A DNA stretch of 64,000 nucleotides from Acidobacteriota bacterium. Its GTDB lineage: Bacteria; Acidobacteriota; UBA6911; RPQK01; JAJDTT01. Below are positions 1-8,042 of the stretch, piece after piece. Each line of letters begins with the position of its first letter. The stretch's first letter is position 1. Location of the stretch: contig OZ253580.1 of the NCBI GenBank assembly GCA_965263035.1, positions 2,976,001-3,040,000 of the forward strand, read 5' to 3'. The translations under genes were made by a program, and so were the position numbers. Under the pieces are notes generated by a model. That model saw only the letters and a list, made by a program, of their open reading frames with translations, ran no database searches and was not told the origin of the DNA.

Positions 1-453
1 GCCCGAGAGCTGAGTGGGGTAGTGGTTCATCCGGTGGGACATGCTGACCCGCTCCAGGGATTCCTCCACGCGCCGGCGCCGCTCGCCCCGTTTCAGATTG
101 CGGTAGGTCAGGGGCAACTCCACGTTCTCGAAGACTCGGAGATCGCCGATGAGGTTGAAGTTCTGGAAGACGAATCCGATCTCCCGGTTTCTCAGGTGGG
201 TCCTCTGAGCAAAGGAGAGGCCCGCTACCGAGTGGCCTTGGAGGTAGTATTCTCCGGAGGTGGGAGCATCCAGCAGTCCCATGATGGAGAGCAGAGTGGA
301 TTTGCCGCAGCCCGAAGGGCCGGCAATGGAGACGTAATCACCCGGTCTCACGCCGAGGTGAACCCCCGACAAGGCATGGGTCTCCACCTCCTCCGTCAGG
401 AAGATCTTGGTGATCCCGTTCATCCGAATCAGCCATTCTCCGTTTCCTTCCAT
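1..453 (-). CDS. ABC transporter ATP-binding protein (MacB/LolD-like), runs off window edge
   Basis: Manual minus-strand translation from ATG 453: MEGNGEWLIRMNGITKIFLTEEVETHALSG...GPSGCGKST (Walker A)...IGFVFQNFNLI...TQLSG; AAGGAG RBS upstream; not in the ORF track. Confidence 0.93.
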   Translation of the reverse strand, partial: MEGNGEWLIRMNGITKIFLTEEVETHALSGVHLGVRPGDYVSIAGPSGCGKSTLLSIMGLLDAPTSGEYYLQGHSVAGLSFAQRTHLRNREIGFVFQNFNLIGDLRVFENVELPLTYRNLKRGERRRRVEESLERVSMSHRMNHYPTQLSG

Positions 454-483
454 ATATTCTTCTCCTTGGTCTGATCTTTACGT

Positions 484-1737
484 CTACTCCAGCCGAATCC
501 GGTCATGATCCTTCCATTGAGCCATGTCGGAGAGCACCACCTGGTCCCCTAGTTTCAGGCCCTCCAGAATCTGAATTTCGCTGACCGAACTGGCCCCCAG
601 GTCGACCCGGACCCGCTGGGCATGAATCCCGTCCGACTCCAATCGGAAGAGGCTTCCCGAGCCGTCCTCCTGGCTGAAACCGGGCCGCGGCATGTAGAGG
701 ACGTCTTCCAAATGCTCCAGCTCCACGGTTCCGTCCACGCTCAGGTCGGGGCGCGCCCCCCGGGGCAGCTTCCCCTCGAGCGCCACGTCAACGGTCACCA
801 GCCCCTCCTTCACGACCGGGTCGATCCGCGAAACCCGTCCCGGGACCGTGCCGTTTCGAGTGTCGACCTCCGCCCTCTGTCCCACCTCCAGATCGCGCGC
901 CTGGGTCGCCGCCACCTCGATCTCCGCCTTGAGCCGGCGGGGTTCGGCGATCCGGACCAGATTCGTGCCCGGAGTGACCTGCTGGCCCATTTCCACTTCC
1001 ACCTGTTGCAGGACTCCGGGAATCCCGGGCCGCACCCTCAAGGACTCCAACTGGCTCCGCCGCAGGGCATGAAGCAGGCGCCGTTGCTCGACTTCCGCCT
1101 CTTTGGCCTCCAGTTGGGCCTCCAGTGATTTGGAAAAGATGTCCATTCTTCTCTTTTCCAGGAGACGTTGAGTCTCGAGGGCCTCGGCTCGGCTCCGGCT
1201 GATCTTGGTATCCATCTCTGAGACCAGTCCCTCGCGAAGGAGCGCAGCGTCCGCCTCTGCCCTCAGAGTCGCCTCCAGATAATCGGACTCGACCCGGGCG
1301 GCGGCGGCCTGGCGTTGCATTTTCTCGCTTTCAAGCTGGACCCGGAGATGAGCCAGCTCCGCTTCAACCCGTTTCAACTGGCTCTCCGCGTCCAGAGCCT
1401 GCTGCTCCAGCTCCGGGTTGCTCAGTTCCAGAATAACCGTCTCGGGAGTGACCCGTTCGCCCGGTTGGATCAGCACTCGCTCGACGCGGCCCTGGGTGGC
1501 GGCGGGAATCCAGCGGATGACTTCGGGGATCAGCTTGCCCAGTCCGCGGACCCGTCGGGTGAGATCGCCCCTCTTGACCTCTCCCATCCACAGGGTGGTC
1601 CGGTCGACACGGGGCGCGGCCGGCTCCAGGCGGGAAAGACCCGCACTGATGGCTGCAATGGAGACGATTGCCGTGAGTACGTAAAGGGTGTGCCGGATTC
1701 TACGCTGGCGAGCGGCGAAAGGTCGCGGGATGTCCAT
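484..1737 (-). CDS. Efflux periplasmic adaptor (HlyD/RND-MFP family)
   Basis: N-terminal TM anchor, GRVERVLIQPGERV lipoyl-like half, coiled coil, C-terminal EGLKLGDQVVLSD; directly upstream of ABC ATPase; ATG 1737 (MDIPR) preferred. Confidence 0.92.
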   Translation of the reverse strand: MDIPRPFAARQRRIRHTLYVLTAIVSIAAISAGLSRLEPAAPRVDRTTLWMGEVKRGDLTRRVRGLGKLIPEVIRWIPAATQGRVERVLIQPGERVTPETVILELSNPELEQQALDAESQLKRVEAELAHLRVQLESEKMQRQAAAARVESDYLEATLRAEADAALLREGLVSEMDTKISRSRAEALETQRLLEKRRMDIFSKSLEAQLEAKEAEVEQRRLLHALRRSQLESLRVRPGIPGVLQQVEVEMGQQVTPGTNLVRIAEPRRLKAEIEVAATQARDLEVGQRAEVDTRNGTVPGRVSRIDPVVKEGLVTVDVALEGKLPRGARPDLSVDGTVELEHLEDVLYMPRPGFSQEDGSGSLFRLESDGIHAQRVRVDLGASSVSEIQILEGLKLGDQVVLSDMAQWKDHDRIRLE

Positions 1738-1750
1738 GCAGAACATCCGA

Positions 1751-1766
1751 GCAATCAGTGTGCCAA
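1751..1766 (-). promoter_or_regulatory. Sigma54 -24/-12 promoter of the efflux operon
   Basis: Minus strand TTGGCACACTGATTGC matches TGGCAC-N5-TTGC, about 14 nt before the ATG. Confidence 0.85.
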
Positions 1767-1838
1767 CGTGGCCCTAATACTCAAGTGTATGTAATTCTAC
1801 GACTTATACGAATATAGACATTCGCGTCCGGAACTCCG

Positions 1839-1880
1839 AGTGTCCGTTTTCGGGACCAAGTGTCCGGAAACGGACACTTG
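1839..1880. promoter_or_regulatory. Putative upstream activator sites for a bacterial enhancer-binding protein
   Basis: Tandem TGTCCG-N4-CGG(G/A)AC motifs including palindrome AGTGTCCG-GAAA-CGGACACT, about 75-115 bp upstream of the sigma54 site with an AT-rich spacer. Confidence 0.65.
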
Positions 1881-1975
1881 GATCGCCATGGACCTCAGCC
1901 GACGCGCGTCGGTCCGTCGGCCTACCTTGGCATCGGTTTCTGTTTCCTTGGGATCGCGGATCGAAACTCATCGGA

Positions 1976-2114
1976 TCACTCGCTCCTGAGCACGGTCATC
2001 GGCTCCACTCTGGCCACCCTGAAAGCAGGAATCCAGGCCGCGGCAATCCCCGTACCGGCCAAGAGCAGAACGACGGCAAGTAAACTGCCGGCATCCGTCC
2101 CGGCCACACCGTAC
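1976..2114 (-). pseudogene. C-terminal remnant of ADOP/MacB-like ABC permease
   Basis: YGVAGTDAGSLLAVVLLLAGTGIAAAWIPAFRVARVEPMTVLRSE* is the typical permease C-terminus; upstream frame is non-homologous. Confidence 0.85.
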
Positions 2115-2455
2115 TCATCGCACTCACCCTGTCGGCTTGCTCGTCGCGCCGGACGGCACCCACGAATGAATTTGGTGTCGGAATCGCCAATGTCATCCAC
2201 ACAGTTCGTTCTGAACTGATTAAATCCAAAAAGCGCGTACTGAAGGAAGCCAAATGTCAAGGACTCCCGCCACAGTTTCTATTTGAGGGGGACACGTTTG
2301 AATTGGAACTCCATGTTGGAGTCTCGGAGGAGAGTTCCGTGGAAGGCGGGTTGAAGGTCGGAGTCATCAGTGCCGGTGCCAGAGGCTCCTACAGGGAAGA
2401 GGAGATACAGAAGATCCGGCTCAAATTCAAGATGCCCGACGTGAAGACCCGGTAG
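2114..2455 (+). pseudogene. 5'-truncated lipoprotein with Trypco2-like (trypsin co-occurring) domain
   Basis: Manual translation LIALTLSACSSRRTAPTNEFGVGIANVIHTVRSELIKS...FEGDTFELELHVGVSEESSVEGGLKVGVISAGARGSYREEEIQKIRLKFKMPDVKTR*; lipobox LSAC; no start codon between the in-frame TAA at 2081 and the lipobox. Confidence 0.6.
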
Positions 2456-3043
2456 AGGTCCATCCCCCAGCTCCCAATCACGGGAGTGGCACACACAAGC
2501 CAAATCGGTTTAGTGCATGGGGCGCTCTCTTGTATGCGGGCCATGGAGGCGGGATTGGCTCGGTCGGTGAAGATCAGTGGACCAACTCTTGCCGATGTGA
2601 TGCGTCCGGTGAACTGCTGACCTGTCGGTCGGTTCCTCGGAGAAGATGAATGGCGGAAATGTGAGACGGCTGTCAAGTTCTCTGGATAATCTCCAACGCA
2701 TTACCGCCCGCATTCCAATCTGCAGAACACCAAAGGGACGCGGTCCACCTCAAAGACTCGGACACAAGCATGTGAGAGTCCCTAAAAAAATCAAAGTTCG
2801 GAAGAACCCGAGGACGCGCAATGACAAATGCAGACACGAGTGGATTACGAATATCCTGACTCAAGACGAGAAAAAGGAACTGCGACGAAAGGGCAGGTCA
2901 TGGGGCACTATCGTCAGTCCCAGGTGCAAAACTGGTACGGCTAAACTATTGAAGGGCAGGGAATAAACTCTTGCCTCAGACACAACTCGGCATCTCTGCT
3001 GACCCGTTCATCAGTCCAGCCCCAGACGGATGAAAGAACGCTC

Positions 3044-3085
3044 TGTCAATGGCCAGAACCCTGACATTTTCGACGGCCATTGACA
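3044..3085. mobile_element. Relic of joined IS terminal inverted repeats (IS21-like TGTCA...TGACA)
   Basis: TGTCAATGGCC...GGCCATTGACA perfect IR; CCTGACATT(T/G)TCGACGG repeated at 3060 and 3106. Confidence 0.5.
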
Positions 3086-3179
3086 GGGGAGATCACCCCC
3101 AAACGCCTGACATTGTCGACGGGCAACATCCCGCAGTTTTACATGCCCGCCACCAGCGCGTCGAAAGAAGTTCATAGTG

Positions 3180-3410
3180 ATCCAAGTGTCCGATTGCGGA
3201 CACCTGAACCCGGAAACGGACACTCGGAGTTCTGGACTCAAATATCCATACTCGTATAAGTCATTGAATTAAATGCATTTGAATTTCATGCTCACCTTGG
3301 CACGCTAATTGCATGTTTGGTCGCATGGATATCCCGCGACCCTGCCGCTCGCCGCCGTAGACTCCGACACACCCTCTACCTGCTAGCGGCAATCGGCGCC
3401 ATCACCGCCT
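3180..3410 (+). repeat. Inverted, diverged copy of 1660-1885 (enhancer + sigma54 promoter + frameshifted first ~28 codons of the HlyD-like gene)
   Basis: Collinear similarity with the reverse complement of 1660-1885; ATGGATATCCCGCGACC at 3325 vs ATGGACATCCCGCGACC; RRRRLRHTLYLL vs RQRRIRHTLYVL. Confidence 0.9.
3297..3312 (+). promoter_or_regulatory. Sigma54 -24/-12 promoter (second copy)
   Basis: TTGGCACGCTAATTGC, near-perfect consensus. Confidence 0.85.
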
Positions 3411-3497
3411 CCGGTCCGCTACGCAGATGGAAGACGCTCGCGCTCCGATTCTTAGGGGAGGAGCATATCCCCAAATCAATCACACGAAGGAGGAACT

Positions 3498-4273
3498 ATG
3501 AAACTCGCTCGCTGGCATCTTTGGGTTGTGGGCGTGGCCCTTGTCTTGCTTGTGGATTTGTGGTTCAGGCCGGACCACAGACCCGGACCAACCCATCACC
3601 CTGACCTTGAAGAGTCACGCGCTTCGCATGACCCCACTTCTCCGCTTCCACCTGCGGGGTTCGACCTCGACTGCGTGTCCTGTCCTCCGAGAACACCCGA
3701 GAGTGCAAAGCGAGTCCCCGCGGGTCACGAGGCCAGAGAAGCCTGCAAGGAATTTCTACGCGCCGCTGCGGAGCAAGGAAGACCGGATGCCGACACGTCC
3801 CACCTAGAAGATTGCAGAGACACTCCCTTGTTCCATGCCTCCACAGCCGAGCAGGTCCACGCACTCCTAGCTGCCGGGGCTGCAATATTCATGGCGATTA
3901 CGGCCACACACCTCTGTACGGGCATCTGCACAGGGTGATGATACTGCCAACTGAGGACGGTGCCAGCATGGTCCAGGCACTGCTTGACGGCGGGGCCGAC
4001 CCATGGATGAAGACTCTTGATGGGAAACTTCCCTACGAGGTGGCTCGTACCATGAATATGAGCGGCATGATCAAGGTCCAGGGGGAGAAGTTCATCAAGG
4101 CAAAGATGGCGGAAGAGGGGATCACCGAGGCGCAGATGTTTGCCGACCGCCCCGGATTTGCCGAGGCTATGGAGCAGATGCGCCGAGCTCCGGAAATCGC
4201 CAACATAACCATCGTGTCTCTCATGGAAGCCATGGAGGATGCAAAACCTGACCTGATGAGGAATCTGCAATGA
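3498..4273 (+). pseudogene. Membrane-anchored ankyrin-repeat protein, frameshifted near 3880
   Basis: AGGAGG RBS and N-terminal TM; DTPLFHA...HALLAAGA in one frame continues as NIHGDYGHTPLY...VQALLDGGADPWMKTLDGKLPYEVA in another. Confidence 0.75.
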
Positions 4274-4433
4274 AGAAAACAATCGTTACCACAGTACTTT
4301 TCGTCTTGGTGTTGTCACTCGCCGGGACTTTCGTTGTCGAGAAGGTACAGGCCCAATAGTGGTGTGAACAAACCCTCCAGCGATGCTTGGACCGGGCTTG
4401 GTCGTGGTATCAAGACTGCCTACGGCGCAACGA
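4270..4433 (+). pseudogene. Small secreted Cys-containing protein remnant (internal TAG, cut by IS)
   Basis: ATGA-coupled to upstream ORF: MKKTIVTTVLFVLVLSLAGTFVVEKVQAQ*WCEQTLQRCLDRAWSWYQDCLRRN, then the IS. Confidence 0.5.
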
Positions 4434-4499
4434 TGAAGTGGTCCCAGATTTTTGGACCAGGGGTTAAGGTAGACTCCAGAGCCTTCGAGGAGGTCTGGA

Positions 4500-4783
4500 A
4501 TGGCAACGAAACGGAGACGATTCACGGCGGAGTTCAAGAAGCGAGTGGCGCTGGACGCGCTCCGCGGAGACCACACGATTCAAGCGGTTGCGGCCAAGCA
4601 CCAAGTGCATCCGAGCCAGGTGAGCACCTGGAAGCGTCAGGCCGTGGAGGGACTGCGGGAGGTGTTCTCAAACGGGCGCTCCAAGCGCGAGAAGAACCAC
4701 GAAGCGAGGATTCGGGAGCTCCACGCGAAGATTGGAGAGTTGACGGTGGAGCGGGATTTTTTCTGCGCGGGTTGGGACGCTGA
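4500..4783 (+). CDS. IS3 transposase OrfA (HTH); frame disturbed at the T-run 4757-4762
   Basis: KRRRFTAEFKKRVALDAL...VHPSQVSTWK...LHAKIGELTVERDF; the expected end LRGLGR* lies in the -1 frame. Confidence 0.9.
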
Positions 4784-4803
4784 GTCGGTCCGAGCGGATC
4801 GGG

Positions 4804-5616
4804 ATGATGGAACGGGACGGGGAGTTGAGCGAGCGTCGGCAGTGCCGGTTGCTGGGGATCAGTCGATCCTCGCTGTATTACACGCCAAAGGGGGAGAGCC
4901 CGGAGAACCTGGTGCTGATGCGCCGCCTGGACGAGTTGTCTCTCCAGTATCCGTTCTACGGTAGCCGACAGATGAGGCGGCACCTGCGCCGCGAAGGGGT
5001 CCGAGTGGGTCGGCACCGGATTCGGCGTTTGATGCGGCTCCTGGGGCTGAAGACCATCTACCCGAAGCCGAGAACCAGCACGGCCCGGTCCGAACACCGT
5101 GTCTACCCCTATCTGCTTCGGGGCCTAAAGATCGAAGAGCCCCATCAGGTTTGGTGCGCGGACATCATGTATATCCCGGTCTACAAAGGGTATTTGTACC
5201 TGGTGTCGGTGATGGACTGGGCCAGTCGGTACGTACTGTCGTGGCGGTTGTCCAACACCCTGGACAGCGAGTTCTGTGTCGAGGCTCTGGAAAGGGCGCT
5301 CTCTCAAGGGGTCCCGACGATCTTCAACACGGATCAGGGGGCGCAGTTCACGAGCCGGGTGTTCACCGAGCGGGTGCAGGCGTCCGGGGCGCGGTGCTCG
5401 ATGGATGGTCGCGGTCGTTGCCTGGACAACGTGTTCATCGAACGGCTGTGGCGGTCGCTGAAGTACGAAGCCGTGTACTTGCGGGAACTGGCGGACGGAT
5501 TCGAGGCGTCACGGGTGATCGGGGAGTGGATGGAGTTCTACAACGGGGAGCGGCCGCACTCGGCGCTGGGTGGGCGGATCCCAGGGGAAGCTCACCACGG
5601 GAGGGAGGCAGCGTGA
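4804..5616 (+). CDS. IS3 transposase OrfB (DDE integrase core)
   Basis: WCADIMYI, FNTDQGAQFTS, DNVFIERLWRSLKYE, YNGERPHSAL. Confidence 0.95.
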   Translation: MMERDGELSERRQCRLLGISRSSLYYTPKGESPENLVLMRRLDELSLQYPFYGSRQMRRHLRREGVRVGRHRIRRLMRLLGLKTIYPKPRTSTARSEHRVYPYLLRGLKIEEPHQVWCADIMYIPVYKGYLYLVSVMDWASRYVLSWRLSNTLDSEFCVEALERALSQGVPTIFNTDQGAQFTSRVFTERVQASGARCSMDGRGRCLDNVFIERLWRSLKYEAVYLRELADGFEASRVIGEWMEFYNGERPHSALGGRIPGEAHHGREAA

Positions 5617-5640
5617 AGTCGGGACACCGGAGCTCCGGAT

Positions 5641-5723
5641 ACGCCCTGGGGAGCGTCGAGTCACCCGAAGGGCCGCAGCGAAGCGGAGGAGCCGGAGGCT
5701 TGACTCGACGCTCCCCAGGGCGT
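5641..5723. repeat. Perfect 23-bp inverted repeat in the IS3 3' non-coding region
   Basis: ACGCCCTGGGGAGCGTCGAGTCA (5641-5663) / TGACTCGACGCTCCCCAGGGCGT (5701-5723). Confidence 0.9.
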
Positions 5724-5966
5724 GAAGAGCTGTCATGGCCGGAAGGGGACTTCCGGCCCTCTCGGACCGGAAACGACCACTTACATCACCCCAACCAAGC
5801 GGCAAGCTGGCGTCGCTCGGCGGCGCCATGTCCCCTGGATGTGAGGGCGGAATTTCACTATCGGAGTCTACTTTTCCCTACCTTAATTTGGCCTTCAAAT
5901 GGTCCAACGAACCAGGACCGCCTCACGAAAAAAATTCGACTGTCCGTTTTCTGGGCAAAGTGTCCG

Positions 5967-7553
5967 CTAGCGGACACTGTTCTCGGTGTCTGCCACCTGG
6001 AATGCCCAGATAGTCGAGTCCCGGAACAAAAACCGCAGACGGACTGCTTTGCCTCTGAGCGATGCGAGGGAACGGCCCTTCCAGGTCACCCGGTGAGCCA
6101 GCCCGTCCCCCCGGATCACGTCGCAGTCCTCGCGCCCAAAGCCGTCCAGCTTCTGCTCGGCGGCGCCGATGTAGTGGCTCATGTGGACCTTTTTCCCGGT
6201 GTCGAACTGCCTCGCCGTGGGATCCACGACCTCGACCCGCAGTTCACCGCCGACCTGGGCGTTGACGACCAGCTCGTCCCCCTCCACCACGATCGGCCGG
6301 GTGAGAAAGGCCCCTTTCCCTTCCAGCCGCTGTCGGGTCCGGAGACCCATGAGCCGGTCCCGCGGCACCCATCCCAGGCCGATCCGGATCTGACGCCGAT
6401 CCAGGGGCACGTTCCTGGAGCCGTGGTTGTATCGGGCGCCGGCGTAGTAGAAGAGCATCTTCTCCCCATGCACGATCATGGAGGGCCACCAGATGATCCG
6501 GTCGTCCCAACTGCCCTCTTCTCCCTGGGGAATGAACGCTTCTTCGGGAAAGGGGTGGTCCCAGCGGAACCCGTCCCGGCTGACGATCAGGTGCTGCTCC
6601 ACGTCTCCTCTCACGTAGTTGTCCAACATGGACGGCAGCCCCAGGTAGACGCCCTCGTAGCGGATCACCTTCATGCTCTCCACTTCGGGCCAGCGCTCGC
6701 TCATGGGATGGAACACCGTCTGACGGGGCGACCATTTCACCAGGTCCGGACTCTCCTGGCGGACGATGTAACGGGGACCCGTGCCGGTCTCAGGATCCGC
6801 CTTCTCCGTCAGTTGCCGGTGAAACAGGACGTACTTCCCCAGGTCCTCGTCCCAGACGATGCTGGGATTCCCGCCGCCGCCCCCGCCCCGCAGGCCGCCG
6901 GGAATCTGACGCCAGCTGAGGCCGTCGGCGCTGTAGGCCATCCCGTTCCAGCCTCCGAAACGGCCCCCGTCCCGGTGGTAGGGGGGAACCCCGCAGGTGA
7001 GGAACCGGCGTTCCGGCGGCCGCTCTCTCGGGTCCTGGATCAGCCGGATGGCGCCGGCGAGAGGGCGCTTCCCCAGATGGTCCGCATGGAGCAGGACGTT
7101 GTTCTTCATCGTTCCCTGGTAGCGGACCAGACCCAGGTCCGGTTTCACCCACGTCACGCCGTCGCGGCTCTCGGCGTAGGCGGCCACGTTGCCGCCGGTG
7201 TGCTGTTCGATCTGGTACCAGAGCTTGAACTTCCGGTCCTGGGGGTCGTAGATGGCGGTGCCCAACTGGATCCCCCAGCTCTTCCGGGCCGTCTCCTCCC
7301 AGGGCGCATCCGCTTCCAGCAGCGGGTTGGCAGGATGTTTTTTCAGAATGCCCTGAACCCGCTCGACGTTGTACCAGGCGGCAAGGACGTGGTTGTCCAC
7401 CAGGAGCTGCTTCCGGTTGCCGATCCGAAGCGGCGGTTCCGATTCCAGCGGCCCCAGATGGACATGGGGAGACCCCGTCTCCTGCTGGGCGGCCCCGTTG
7501 GAGGCGGCCAGTAGGCAGAACATCGTCACCTTGGCGAGAGTTTTCAGATTCAT
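5967..7553 (-). CDS. Secreted beta-propeller glycoside hydrolase-like protein (GH32/43/130 clan-like, Asp-box repeats)
   Basis: Signal peptide MNLKTLAKVTMFCLLAASNGAAQQ; repeated S-x-D-G-x-x-W motifs (ESRDGVTW, YSADGLSW, VSRDGFRW); C-terminal GKAVRLRFLF beta domain. Confidence 0.75.
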   Translation of the reverse strand: MNLKTLAKVTMFCLLAASNGAAQQETGSPHVHLGPLESEPPLRIGNRKQLLVDNHVLAAWYNVERVQGILKKHPANPLLEADAPWEETARKSWGIQLGTAIYDPQDRKFKLWYQIEQHTGGNVAAYAESRDGVTWVKPDLGLVRYQGTMKNNVLLHADHLGKRPLAGAIRLIQDPRERPPERRFLTCGVPPYHRDGGRFGGWNGMAYSADGLSWRQIPGGLRGGGGGGNPSIVWDEDLGKYVLFHRQLTEKADPETGTGPRYIVRQESPDLVKWSPRQTVFHPMSERWPEVESMKVIRYEGVYLGLPSMLDNYVRGDVEQHLIVSRDGFRWDHPFPEEAFIPQGEEGSWDDRIIWWPSMIVHGEKMLFYYAGARYNHGSRNVPLDRRQIRIGLGWVPRDRLMGLRTRQRLEGKGAFLTRPIVVEGDELVVNAQVGGELRVEVVDPTARQFDTGKKVHMSHYIGAAEQKLDGFGREDCDVIRGDGLAHRVTWKGRSLASLRGKAVRLRFLFRDSTIWAFQVADTENSVR

Positions 7554-7615
7554 GTTGAAAGCAGGCCTTTCGGGGCAAAATCGGGATTGGCGGCACCGCC
7601 GGATCGGGAAGACGG

Positions 7616-7966
7616 CTATAGTTTTGAGACGGTCACGTTCCCGTCTATGTCCACCTTGACGAACTCTTTGGTCTCCTTGTGGAACGAGATGTCGATCATC
7701 CAGATCACCGCCCACAGGCCGACGGTGAAGAAACTGAGCATCAGATGAAGGACGTGGTTCACTGGAGTGCCGTCGGCGACAATGGCCTGGTAGTCGCCCC
7801 GGAAAGCCACCCTCTTGCCCTCGTTCTCCATGCCGGCCAAGTGTTGGGTTAGAAGCCGTCTTTGTTCGGCGGGCGTCGGTTTGTCCTTCTCGCTCAATCT
7901 GATTCTCCTTGCGGTAAGGATAGAATTCAGCTGCCGGTTCGGCCACTCACCGAGATCTGACGTCAT
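7616..7966 (-). CDS. Hypothetical membrane protein (NHVLHLMLSFFTVGLW motif)
   Basis: ATG 7966 with purine-rich RBS; single hydrophobic hairpin. Confidence 0.65.
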   Translation of the reverse strand: MTSDLGEWPNRQLNSILTARRIRLSEKDKPTPAEQRRLLTQHLAGMENEGKRVAFRGDYQAIVADGTPVNHVLHLMLSFFTVGLWAVIWMIDISFHKETKEFVKVDIDGNVTVSKL

Positions 7967-8042
7967 TCTCTCGAAAATGTGTACGGCCCGCCAGCCGAAC
8001 GGCATGGCGGCTCCGTCGGCGGGCTGATATAAAACACAAGGT

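Larger units (their letters stand above)
4434..5925 (+). mobile_element. IS3-family insertion sequence, 1492 bp, 3-bp target duplication CGA
   Basis: TG...CA ends with imperfect IRs (TGAAGTGGTCCCAGATTTTTGGACCA / TGAGGCGGTCCTGGTTCGTTGGACCA); CGA at 4431-4433 and 5926-5928; orfA/orfB inside. Confidence 0.95.

Noticed and set aside
22-474. 150-aa + strand ORF
   Set aside because: Antisense shadow of the ABC ATPase on the minus strand
5151-7514. 787-aa + strand ORF spanning the IS end and the glycosidase-like gene
   Set aside because: Crosses an IS boundary and is antisense to a well-supported gene; GC-rich shadow frame
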